A stretch of DNA of 64,000 nt from an uncultured Vicinamibacteraceae bacterium (GTDB lineage Bacteria > Acidobacteriota > Vicinamibacteria > Vicinamibacterales > UBA8438): assembly GCA_964636705.1 (NCBI GenBank), contig CAZWUJ010000003.1:128873-192872 (forward strand), given 5' to 3'. Below the pieces are notes generated by a model, which made no database searches, was not told where the DNA came from, and worked only from the letters and a program-made list of their open reading frames with translations. Each line of letters starts with the position of its first letter. Positions within the stretch are counted from its first letter, which is position 1. The position numbers were made by a program, and so were the translations under genes. Shown piece by piece: positions 17,912 to 28,029 of the stretch.

Positions 17912-17965
17912 AGCCCGACCACGCCTATCCGACAGCCTGCACCGTTCCACGGCGCAGCCTGCCAG
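17908..17965 (+). repeat. palindromic intergenic repeat element, copy B (short form)
   Basis: Sequence: CTAGAGCCCGACC-AC-GCCTATCCGACAGCCTGCACCGTTCCACGGCGCAGCCTGCCAG. It lacks the roughly 35-nt central segment found in copies A, C and D. Its first CTAG contains the TAG stop of the aldehyde dehydrogenase. Confidence 0.8.
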
Positions 17966-18020
17966 TTCGCAACCTGCATCCGCCGCCGCATGCGGAACGG
18001 AACTTGCACGTCTGCAAGCC

Positions 18021-19532
18021 ATGCTCGCCACGCTCCGCTCTGCCGCCGTCTTCGGCATCACCGCCACTCCGATCGACATCCAGGTGGACGTCTCCGACGG
18101 CGGACTGCCCACCTTCGCCATCGTCGGTCTGCCTGACTCCACTGTCCGAGAGAGCCGCGAGCGCATCCGGAGCGCGCTCGAGAACGCAGGCTACCGGTTC
18201 CCGCTCCGCCGGATCATCGTCAATCTGGCCCCTGCCGACACACCGAAGAGCGGCGCCTCGTTCGACTTGCCGATTGCCCTCGGCCTCCTGACCGCGATCA
18301 GCGTCCTCCGGCCAACGGTGTTCGAGAAGGCACTGGTTATTGGGGAACTCTCCCTGGACGGCCGCGTGCAGGCCTCCCGTGGGGTGCTGCCAGTGGCTCT
18401 GCTCGCGGCTCGCCTCGGCCAAAGGCTGGTGCTGCCGGCCATCAACGTTCCGGAGGGCCGGATCGTCGACAACGTCGAGTTGGTACCTGCCAGGACCCTG
18501 CTGCAGGTCATGCAGGATCTTCAGAACGACACCCGGACCGCGGGTCCGGCGCCGGACCCCGCGCCGCTCCGCCGTAACGACTCCGCGCTCGATCTCTCGG
18601 ACGTTCGCGGGCAGGTGGGCGCACGACGCGCGGCGGAGATCGCCGCCTCCGGCCGGCACAACCTGCTGATGGTCGGACCGCCCGGCGCCGGCAAGACACT
18701 GATCGCACGGCGCATCCCCGGGCTGCTGCCCCCTCCCACGTTCGCAGAAGCAAGCGCCTCCACGTCAGTCCATTCGGTTGCCGGTCTGCTGGATACTTCG
18801 GCTGGCCTGTTAGCGGAACGGCCGTTCCGCGCGCCGCACCATACCGCGTCGGTGGCGGCGCTCACTGGCGGCGGCCGTGATCCCCGACCGGGCGAAATCA
18901 GCCTCGCCCACGGCGGCGTCCTCTTCCTTGACGAGATCGTCGAGTTCGATCGGCGCGTTCTCGAAGCGCTGCGCGAACCTCTTGAGGAGGGCACGGTGCG
19001 CATCGCCCGCGCCTTGCGCACGGTTCAGTTCCCCGCTCGGTTTCTCCTCGTAGGCGCGATGAACCCCTGTCCGTGCGGATATGCCGGCGAGCCGTCCGGG
19101 CGCTGCCCATGCACGCCAACAGAGGTGCGGCACTATCGTGACCGCATCTCGGGACCGCTGCGCGACCGGATCGACCTGACGGTTCAGGTGGATCCGGTGC
19201 CGTTCGCAGCGTTCGCCCGCGGTGCCGCAGCTGAATCCTCCGCCGCCGTGCGTGAGCGGGTCGCTCGCGCGCGGGAACCACAGGCGGCACGGGACTCGAC
19301 CGGGACGGGACGGACGAACGCCGACCTGGCGGGCGCCGCACTGAAGCGGCACTGCGCACTTGATCCTGCGAGCCTTGCCCTGATCGAGCGGGCCATGAAC
19401 CGGTTGGGGCTGACCGGACGGAGCTTCGATCGGGTGCGTCGTGTCGCCCGGACTATTGCCGACCTTGACGGCGCCGACAGAATCCGCCGTTCCCACGTTG
19501 TGGAGGCCCTGCACTACCGTGGCATCGACTGA
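18021..19532 (+). CDS. comM: YifB/ComM-family Mg-chelatase-like ATPase
   Basis: The in-frame ATG at 18021 (MLATLRSAAVFGI) lies inside track ORF 17721..19532. It has a Lon-like N-domain, Walker A (GPPGAGKT) and a C-terminal Mg-chelatase subunit-like region. Confidence 0.85.
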   Translation: MLATLRSAAVFGITATPIDIQVDVSDGGLPTFAIVGLPDSTVRESRERIRSALENAGYRFPLRRIIVNLAPADTPKSGASFDLPIALGLLTAISVLRPTVFEKALVIGELSLDGRVQASRGVLPVALLAARLGQRLVLPAINVPEGRIVDNVELVPARTLLQVMQDLQNDTRTAGPAPDPAPLRRNDSALDLSDVRGQVGARRAAEIAASGRHNLLMVGPPGAGKTLIARRIPGLLPPPTFAEASASTSVHSVAGLLDTSAGLLAERPFRAPHHTASVAALTGGGRDPRPGEISLAHGGVLFLDEIVEFDRRVLEALREPLEEGTVRIARALRTVQFPARFLLVGAMNPCPCGYAGEPSGRCPCTPTEVRHYRDRISGPLRDRIDLTVQVDPVPFAAFARGAAAESSAAVRERVARAREPQAARDSTGTGRTNADLAGAALKRHCALDPASLALIERAMNRLGLTGRSFDRVRRVARTIADLDGADRIRRSHVVEALHYRGID

Positions 19533-19542
19533 TCCGACGGTT

Positions 19543-19580
19543 TTGACGGATGAACACTTTGTGCTAAAGTTCGCAAACTT
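19543..19580 (+). promoter_or_regulatory. candidate promoter (TTGACG, 16-nt spacer, TAAAGT) with an overlapping inverted repeat AAGTT-CGCA-AACTT
   Basis: This is an AT-rich island between comM and the M23 peptidase gene. The inverted-repeat arms at 19567-19571 and 19576-19580 are exact reverse complements. Confidence 0.3.
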
Positions 19581-19611
19581 CAGCATGCCTTCTGCACGAG
19601 GGGATTAGTGC

Positions 19612-20490
19612 ATGCCATCAAGGCGCTACACGGTCATCGTTGCGGATCGCGACACCGGCGAAGTCCGACGCGGGACCGTAGCCGTTCGTCCGGCGGTGAC
19701 GGGGCTTGCAATCCTCGCGCTTCTTCCGACCGCCCTCCTGGGCGTTTCCCGCTGGGGGGCGCAGGGTGAAATCAATCGCCTCCGCGCCGACAACGCCCGT
19801 CTCCATGTCGAAAACGTGAGTTACCGGTCCGGTGCGGCCGAGCTCTCGGACCAGATCGGGTCGCTCCGGAACGCGGTTGACCGGCTCACTGCGCGTGATG
19901 GCATGAACGAACCGGTGCAGCGGTTGATCGATCGGCTGCCGGCGTCGGTAGATCTCGATGTTCCGGCTACGCCCGCGCCGGGTCCGACATTCGATCGACT
20001 CCGCACGGTGCTTGACTCACTGGACGGTGAACTGTCGGCAATCCGCCACAGCGTGGCGTTGCGGGAGACTCTTGCTGGTGCAACTCCCAGCATCTGGCCG
20101 GCCGACGGCTGGATTTCGAGCGGCTTCGGCTATCGGAACGATCCGTTTACCGGAAAACGGGAGTTCCATCCCGCCCTCGATATCTCGACTCGCGCCGGCG
20201 AGCCGGTGTACGCCACCGCAAGTGGCCTTGTTGCGGCCGCGCATCGCCAGGGCAACTACGGTAATCTGGTCGAGATCAGGCACGGCTTCGATCTCTCGAC
20301 CCGGTATGGACACCTGTCGGCGTTTGCGGTAGGGGTCGGCGACACCGTGGAGCGGGGCGACATCATCGGGTATGCGGGCGCCACCGGACGAGCAACCGGC
20401 TACCATGTCCACTACGAAGTCTCCGTCAACGGCCAGAACATCAATCCACTCCGCCTTCTGACCGATACCGACCCGATTTCAGCGAATTGA
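19612..20490 (+). CDS. M23 (LytM) family metallopeptidase
   Basis: HPALDI...[12 protein letters not shown]...[15 protein letters not shown] matches the HxxxD and HxH motifs. An N-terminal TM segment and coiled coil are present. Confidence 0.85.
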   Translation: MPSRRYTVIVADRDTGEVRRGTVAVRPAVTGLAILALLPTALLGVSRWGAQGEINRLRADNARLHVENVSYRSGAAELSDQIGSLRNAVDRLTARDGMNEPVQRLIDRLPASVDLDVPATPAPGPTFDRLRTVLDSLDGELSAIRHSVALRETLAGATPSIWPADGWISSGFGYRNDPFTGKREFHPALDISTRAGEPVYATASGLVAAAHRQGNYGNLVEIRHGFDLSTRYGHLSAFAVGVGDTVERGDIIGYAGATGRATGYHVHYEVSVNGQNINPLRLLTDTDPISAN

Positions 20491-20515
20491 CCGCCCCGCG
20501 CCATGCGCGCCCGAT

Positions 20516-23437
20516 GTGATGCTGGACACCGTCCTTGCGAAGGTCTTCGGCACACAGAACCAGCGGGATCTCAAGCGCGTCCAGCCGTTCGTCACGCGGA
20601 TCGGTGAACGCGAACCCGGCATGCGCGCTTGCTCGGACGCCGAGTTGCGCGGGCACACCGCCGGTTTCCGCGAGCAGATTGACCAGGGCGCGACGCTCGA
20701 CGATCTCCTGATCGACGCCTTCGCGGTAGTGCGCGAAGCAGGCCGGCGAGTGCTTGCGATGCGCCATTTCGACGTGCAGTTGATCGGCGGCATCATGCTG
20801 CACCGCGGCAGGATCGCGGAGATGAAGACCGGCGAAGGAAAGACGCTGGTCGCCACGCTCGCCGCCTATCTCAACGCGCTCGACGGCCGTGGTGTCCATG
20901 TCGTCACCGTGAACGACTACCTGGCCCGGCGTGACGCGGAGTGGATGGGACGGATCTACCGCTTCCTCGGATTGTCGGTGGGGGTCATTCAGCACGACCT
21001 GCGAGACCACGAACGGCGGGAAGCGTACGCGTCAGACATCACGTACGGCACGAACAACGAGTTCGGATTCGACTACCTCCGGGACAACATGAAGTTCAAC
21101 GTGTCGCAGTTCGTGCAGCGGGGCCACCGCTTCGCGATCGTCGACGAAGTGGACAGCATCCTGATCGACGAGGCGCGCACACCGCTGATCATTTCCGGAC
21201 CTGCGCAACAGTCGACGGAGCTCTACTACGAGGTGGATCGGATCATCCCGCGGCTCAAGCGGGGCGCGGTCACCCAGGGCAACGTGCCGGCGGAACGGCG
21301 GGAGGAACTCGAAGACACCGGCGACTTCCTGATTGACGAGAAACACAAGACGGTCACGCTGACCGAGAGCTGCATGGCGATCTGCGAGACACTGCTCGGC
21401 CACCGTTTGCAACCGGGAGGTCTTTACGATCCGGTCAACATGCCGCTTCTGCATCACATCAACCAGGCGCTCCGCGCCCACACGCTCTACGAGCGTGACG
21501 TCGACTACATGGTCAAGGACGGCCAGGTCGTGATCGTCGACGAGTTCACTGGCCGGCTGATGCCGGGGCGCCGGTGGAGCGATGGCCTGCATCAGGCGGT
21601 GGAAGCGAAGGAGAAGGTCAAGATCGAGCGGGAAAACCAGACGCTCGCCACCGTTACGTTTCAGAACTACTTCCGCAAGTACGACAAGCTGGCCGGGATG
21701 ACCGGCACCGCTGAGACCGAAGCGACCGAGTTCGCGAAGATCTACGAGCTGGACGTCTTCTCCGTCCCCACCAATCGGCCGCTGATGCGGATCGAGGAAC
21801 CGGATTCGATCTACCGCACGGCGCGTGAGAAGTACAACGCCATTGTCGACGACATCATTGCCACGCAGGAAGCCGGCCGGCCGGTTCTCGCCGGGACGGT
21901 GTCGATCGAGAAGTCGGAACGGCTCTCGGGCCTGCTGAAACGGCGCGGAGTCAAGCACACCGTGCTCAACGCGAAGTACCACGACAAGGAGGCGGAGATC
22001 GTCGCGCAGGCCGGTCGCGAAGGGACCGTCACGATCGCAACCAACATGGCGGGCCGCGGCACGGACATCCTGCTCGGCGGCAACGCGGAGCACATGGCGC
22101 GACGGCAGGCGCTCGCGGAGGGGGTGGCCGAGCGGCTGCCGCCAGGTGAGCAGAAGTTCGTCGACGACGACGAGTTCACATACTTCCCGCACGACGGCTT
22201 CTACCGTGTGCCGCGAGCCGACTGGGAACGAATCTTCACGCAAGCCAGAACGGAAACCGACGCCGAGCACGCGCGGGTAGTCGAAGCCGGCGGCCTCCAC
22301 ATCATTGGTACCGAGCGGCATGAAGCGCGGCGAATCGACAATCAGTTGCGCGGCCGCGCCGGGCGGCAGGGTGACCCGGGATCATCCCGATTCTATCTGT
22401 CGCTGGAGGACGACCTCATGCGCATCTTCGGCTCCGATCGCGTCCAGGGTCTGATGGACCGCCTGGGCATGGAGGAGGGGGTGCCGATCGAGCACGGCAT
22501 GGTGACCAAGGCGATCGAGCGCGCGCAGAAGCAGGTCGAGGGGCAGCACTTCTCGGTTCGCAAACACCTGCTCGAGTACGACGACGTGATGAACAAGCAG
22601 CGCGAGAACGTCTACGCGCTGCGGCGGGAATTGCTCGAAGACCAGATTCGACTCGAAGAGTCTGACGAACCGATCAGCGCCCACGACTACCTGTTTACGC
22701 TCGCCGAAGGACTGCTGGACGACATCATCGAGACCCATTGCGGTCGGGAACTGGATCCGGAAGAATGGGATCTGCCGGCCGTCACGCGACGCGTGGCGGA
22801 GCTGTTCGGTCTGGACGACGAGGCGAGCGCCGCGATCGACCTGAGCGACAAGAGCCCGGACGAGATGCACGATGAGCTATGGAGCACCGTGCAGGCGACC
22901 TACGAAGCGAAGGCCGGGACGATCGACGAAGCGGTCATGCACCGCGTCGAGCGCGACGTCATGCTGCAGGTTGTGGACACGCAATGGAAAGACCACCTTT
23001 ATGGTCTGGACCACCTGAAGGAAGGCATCAGCCTCCGCGGCTACGGTCAGCGCAACCCGCTGGTGGAATACAAGCGGGAGAGCTTCGCCATGTTCCAGGC
23101 CATGAAGGAGCGCATCGACGAGGAGACGATCCGCTACCTGTGGCGCATACGGCCGGTCGTACGCGAGCCCGACGATACCGGTGGCGCGCCCCCAACGATG
23201 CCGGCACGCCAGACGACGCCACTCTCGTTCAACGATCCCGGCGCAACGGAGCCAGCGTTCGCGGGCGCGGGAGCAGCCATCGGGGCGGTTGGCCCTGGCG
23301 CCGGACCTCGCCCCGCGCGCGTCGGCGGGGACGATGCGGCGGTGGTGACCGTGCGGCGCGATTCGCCTAAGGTTGGACGGAACGATCCATGCCCATGCGG
23401 CAGCGGAAAGAAGTACAAGAAGTGTCACGGGGCGTAA
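20516..23437 (+). CDS. secA: preprotein translocase ATPase SecA
   Basis: 973 aa with DEAD-motor motifs ([30 protein letters not shown]). The C-terminal zinc site is [14 protein letters not shown]. Confidence 0.97.
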   Translation: MMLDTVLAKVFGTQNQRDLKRVQPFVTRIGEREPGMRACSDAELRGHTAGFREQIDQGATLDDLLIDAFAVVREAGRRVLAMRHFDVQLIGGIMLHRGRIAEMKTGEGKTLVATLAAYLNALDGRGVHVVTVNDYLARRDAEWMGRIYRFLGLSVGVIQHDLRDHERREAYASDITYGTNNEFGFDYLRDNMKFNVSQFVQRGHRFAIVDEVDSILIDEARTPLIISGPAQQSTELYYEVDRIIPRLKRGAVTQGNVPAERREELEDTGDFLIDEKHKTVTLTESCMAICETLLGHRLQPGGLYDPVNMPLLHHINQALRAHTLYERDVDYMVKDGQVVIVDEFTGRLMPGRRWSDGLHQAVEAKEKVKIERENQTLATVTFQNYFRKYDKLAGMTGTAETEATEFAKIYELDVFSVPTNRPLMRIEEPDSIYRTAREKYNAIVDDIIATQEAGRPVLAGTVSIEKSERLSGLLKRRGVKHTVLNAKYHDKEAEIVAQAGREGTVTIATNMAGRGTDILLGGNAEHMARRQALAEGVAERLPPGEQKFVDDDEFTYFPHDGFYRVPRADWERIFTQARTETDAEHARVVEAGGLHIIGTERHEARRIDNQLRGRAGRQGDPGSSRFYLSLEDDLMRIFGSDRVQGLMDRLGMEEGVPIEHGMVTKAIERAQKQVEGQHFSVRKHLLEYDDVMNKQRENVYALRRELLEDQIRLEESDEPISAHDYLFTLAEGLLDDIIETHCGRELDPEEWDLPAVTRRVAELFGLDDEASAAIDLSDKSPDEMHDELWSTVQATYEAKAGTIDEAVMHRVERDVMLQVVDTQWKDHLYGLDHLKEGISLRGYGQRNPLVEYKRESFAMFQAMKERIDEETIRYLWRIRPVVREPDDTGGAPPTMPARQTTPLSFNDPGATEPAFAGAGAAIGAVGPGAGPRPARVGGDDAAVVTVRRDSPKVGRNDPCPCGSGKKYKKCHGA

Positions 23438-24991
<1,554 letters not shown>

Positions 24992-25045
24992 CCGCCGGGA
25001 GCGGGAGGCGCCAGATCCGGGCAAGCAGCCGGAGGAAGCGCGTCC

Positions 25046-25468
25046 TCAGTTCATGATCGTCACCGTTCGATCGTCGCCGCCGCGATCGTCGATGCGTACC
25101 TGGATCGCGCCCTCCGGGGCCACCGGGAGGCGGTCCGCCCATTCCACCGCCACGATGACATCGCCAGCCGCCAGCTCCAGCAGTTGCGGCTCGAATACCG
25201 TCGTTTCCGCGATGCTGAGGCGGTACAGATCGACGTGGTGGACGGTCCGTCGTCCCGCGTACTCCTGGGCCAGGACGAACGTCGGGCTGCTCACCTCATC
25301 CGGCGACCCACCGGCGCCCTCCACCAGGCCGCGCACAAACGCGGTCTTGCCGGCCCCCAGGTCGCCGTAGAGGAGAATCGTCACCGGAGCGCCGGCGTCG
25401 AGAGATGCTGCCAGGTCGCGCGCGATGCGGTGCGTATCCTCCTCGGAACGGCTCTGGTGCGTCACCAC
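25046..25468 (-). CDS. tsaE: tRNA t6A biosynthesis protein TsaE
   Basis: 140 aa with the P-loop LYGDLGAGKTAFVRGL. Confidence 0.85.
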   Translation of the reverse strand: MVTHQSRSEEDTHRIARDLAASLDAGAPVTILLYGDLGAGKTAFVRGLVEGAGGSPDEVSSPTFVLAQEYAGRRTVHHVDLYRLSIAETTVFEPQLLELAAGDVIVAVEWADRLPVAPEGAIQVRIDDRGGDDRTVTIMN

Positions 25469-27069
25469 GGGTCAACCGCCTCCCCGCGCTGGAGCATCGT
25501 CGTCGCCACGCCAAGCCGGGCAGCAATATCACCGGCGATCAGGCCAGTCTGGCCAACGTCACGCGCCGCAAGATCTCCCGCCAGGCCATGCAGGTAGACG
25601 GCGAGCGCGACCGCGTCGGACAGTTGGTCCGTCTGCCCGATCCAGCCGGCGATCGCCCCGGTGAGCACGTCGCCGCTTCCGCCGGTCGCCATCCCGGGGT
25701 TGCCCGTAGCGTTGATCCGGACACTTCCATCCGGTGAGGCAATCACCGTCCGAGCCCCCTTCAGAACGACGGTCAGTTCGTGCTCCTGGGCAAACGTGCT
25801 GGCGACGCCGATCCGATTCCGCTCCACCGCCGCGCCCGTAGTGCCCGCGAGCCGCGCCATTTCCCCTGCATGCGGCGTGATCACGATCGGACTGCCTGAT
25901 CGGCCGCGCAGACGCTTTGGCGCCTCGCCGCAGGCGTTGAGCGCATCCGCATCCAGGACGAGGGGAGCAGGACTGTCCCGATCGATCAGCGTCTGCACCA
26001 GCTTCAGGGTCCCCTTGCCGATCCCCAGCCCGGGACCGGCGGCGACTACGTCCCACCGCCCGGTCAACAGCTCCGCCAGTCCCTTGCGGGTAATCGCACC
26101 GTCACGCTCCGGCAACGGATACGTCATGTATTCCGGGACCTGGGCGACCAGGTCGAGACATGAGCCGGGGGTCGCCACCGTCACAAGGCCAGCTCCCGCG
26201 CGGAGGGCGCCGAGGCCAGCCAGTCGCGCGGCGCCCGTCATCCCGCGCGAGCCGGCAACAATCAGGACCCGCCCGAACATTCCCTTGTGGGCATCGGCTC
26301 GCCGCCCGGGCACGCGAAGCTGGAGTTCGGATCCGGCCAGAAGATCGATCCGCGGACCCTTCAGAGCGTCTATCAGGCCGCGCGGGATTCCGATATCGGC
26401 AACCGCTACCGCGCCGGCCGGATCCGGATGCAGCAATGGCGCCAGCTTCGGAGCGCCAAGCGCAACGGTGAGCGTCGCCCGGATAGCGGGCCCGTGTACC
26501 TGCGGATCCGTGTCCGCTGTCTCACGCGTGGATGCCGCCACTCCCGGCTGTTCCATGAGGCCAGACGGAACATCGATCGAAACGACCGGCCGGGACGCTG
26601 CATTGACATCCACCGCCACGCGCGCCGGAGTGCCTTCGAGCGGCCGGTTCAGCCCGGTGCCGACAAGGGCGTCGACGATGAGCGACGACGACGCAAGTCG
26701 CGCCGCCATGCCATTCCAGGTATATTCGTCCTCCACTTCGGTGATCGGCACACCGGAGCTTCGCGCCCGTTCGAACATCTCGCGCGCGTCGCCAGCGAGA
26801 TCGCCAAGACGTCCAATCAGCAAGCCCGCGACATCGCACACGCCGCGCTCCTGCAGGATCCGGGCCACAACCCAGCCGTCGCCGCCGTTGTTGCCCCTTC
26901 CGCACAGCACCGTCACCGGCCCGCCGTCGAGCCGGCCGGAGAGGCGGGCGTCCACCGCCGCCACCACTTCACGACCCGCCCGCTCCATCAATTCAATGGA
27001 CGGCACGCCATGCTCCTCTATTGTCCGCCGGTCGACCTCGCGCATCTGCGCCGCCGTGACCACCCGCAT
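25462..27069 (-). CDS. nnr: bifunctional NAD(P)H-hydrate epimerase/dehydratase
   Basis: It has a YjeF N-domain (GRGNNGGDG) and a C-terminal carbohydrate-kinase-like domain (GMATGGSGDVLTG). There is a 7-nt overlap with tsaE. Confidence 0.9.
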   Translation of the reverse strand: MRVVTAAQMREVDRRTIEEHGVPSIELMERAGREVVAAVDARLSGRLDGGPVTVLCGRGNNGGDGWVVARILQERGVCDVAGLLIGRLGDLAGDAREMFERARSSGVPITEVEDEYTWNGMAARLASSSLIVDALVGTGLNRPLEGTPARVAVDVNAASRPVVSIDVPSGLMEQPGVAASTRETADTDPQVHGPAIRATLTVALGAPKLAPLLHPDPAGAVAVADIGIPRGLIDALKGPRIDLLAGSELQLRVPGRRADAHKGMFGRVLIVAGSRGMTGAARLAGLGALRAGAGLVTVATPGSCLDLVAQVPEYMTYPLPERDGAITRKGLAELLTGRWDVVAAGPGLGIGKGTLKLVQTLIDRDSPAPLVLDADALNACGEAPKRLRGRSGSPIVITPHAGEMARLAGTTGAAVERNRIGVASTFAQEHELTVVLKGARTVIASPDGSVRINATGNPGMATGGSGDVLTGAIAGWIGQTDQLSDAVALAVYLHGLAGDLAARDVGQTGLIAGDIAARLGVATTMLQRGEAVDPW

Positions 27070-27117
27070 GACTCCATCCTATCCGGTCGGCGATAATCCA
27101 GGGATCCATCACCTCTC

Positions 27118-27981
27118 ATGAAGACAACCGTCAACGTCAACGGCCGGATCCGCGACGGACGCGAGGCAACCGTGTCTGCGCTCGACTACGGCTATCTCTT
27201 CGGCGACGGTGTCTACGAGACCCTGCGGACGTACAACCGCCGCCCTTTCCTGCTCGACCGGCACCTCGCCAGGTTTCGCGCCTCAGCGGAGCAACTGGCG
27301 CTGCCCATGCCCTTCGACGTCGCGGAATGGGAAACTCGGCTCGCCGAGACGATGTGGGCTCTCGATCACGACGGCGAGGTGACGATCCGGCTGCTGCTGA
27401 CCCGCGGCCTGGGTGACTTCTCGTACGACCCGGCTGCGTGCCCCTCCCCCACCGCCGTGATCATCGTGCGGCCGCTCGCCGAAGTGCCCGCGGATCACGT
27501 GGAGCACGGCATCACGGTCCATATCTCGTCCGTCATCCGAAACCATCCGCGAGCCCTCAGCCCCCGAATCAAGTCGAACAACCTGCTGAACAACATCCTG
27601 GCGATGCAGGAGGCAATTCGCGAGGGGGCCAGCGAAGCGTTGCTGCTCAACGACCGGGGCGAACTGACGGAGTGCGCACAGTCGAATGTCTTCCTGGTTC
27701 TGGACGGCGCGGCGCTGACGCCGCCACTCGAGGCAGGGCTCCTCGAGGGCGTCACTCGCAACTTCCTATTCGAAGTGGGGAAGGCGGCAGGTGTGCCGGT
27801 GCGCGAGCAGACGCTACGGCTGGAGCATCTCGCGATTGCCGACGAACTGTTCGTTACGAGCACGACGCGCGAGGTGCTCGGCGTTACGCGGGTCGACGCT
27901 ATCGAGTACGGTCACGGCCGCCCCGGCCCGATCACCCGCACGCTCGCTACCGAATTCCGCCGTCTGGCAAACGGCGATTGA
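27118..27981 (+). CDS. class IV aminotransferase (branched-chain/D-amino-acid aminotransferase or ADC-lyase type)
   Basis: Fold-type IV motifs are present (YGYLFGDGVYETLR, IKSNNLLNNILA, ELTECAQSNVF). Confidence 0.8.
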   Translation: MKTTVNVNGRIRDGREATVSALDYGYLFGDGVYETLRTYNRRPFLLDRHLARFRASAEQLALPMPFDVAEWETRLAETMWALDHDGEVTIRLLLTRGLGDFSYDPAACPSPTAVIIVRPLAEVPADHVEHGITVHISSVIRNHPRALSPRIKSNNLLNNILAMQEAIREGASEALLLNDRGELTECAQSNVFLVLDGAALTPPLEAGLLEGVTRNFLFEVGKAAGVPVREQTLRLEHLAIADELFVTSTTREVLGVTRVDAIEYGHGRPGPITRTLATEFRRLANGD

Positions 27982-28029
27982 ATCGGACAGCGACCTTACG
28001 CCAGGCCGGGGCATAAGCGAGCCGTCCCG

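Noticed and set aside
21032-22321. 429-aa minus-strand ORF
   Set aside because: It is antisense to secA. It has shadow-ORF composition.
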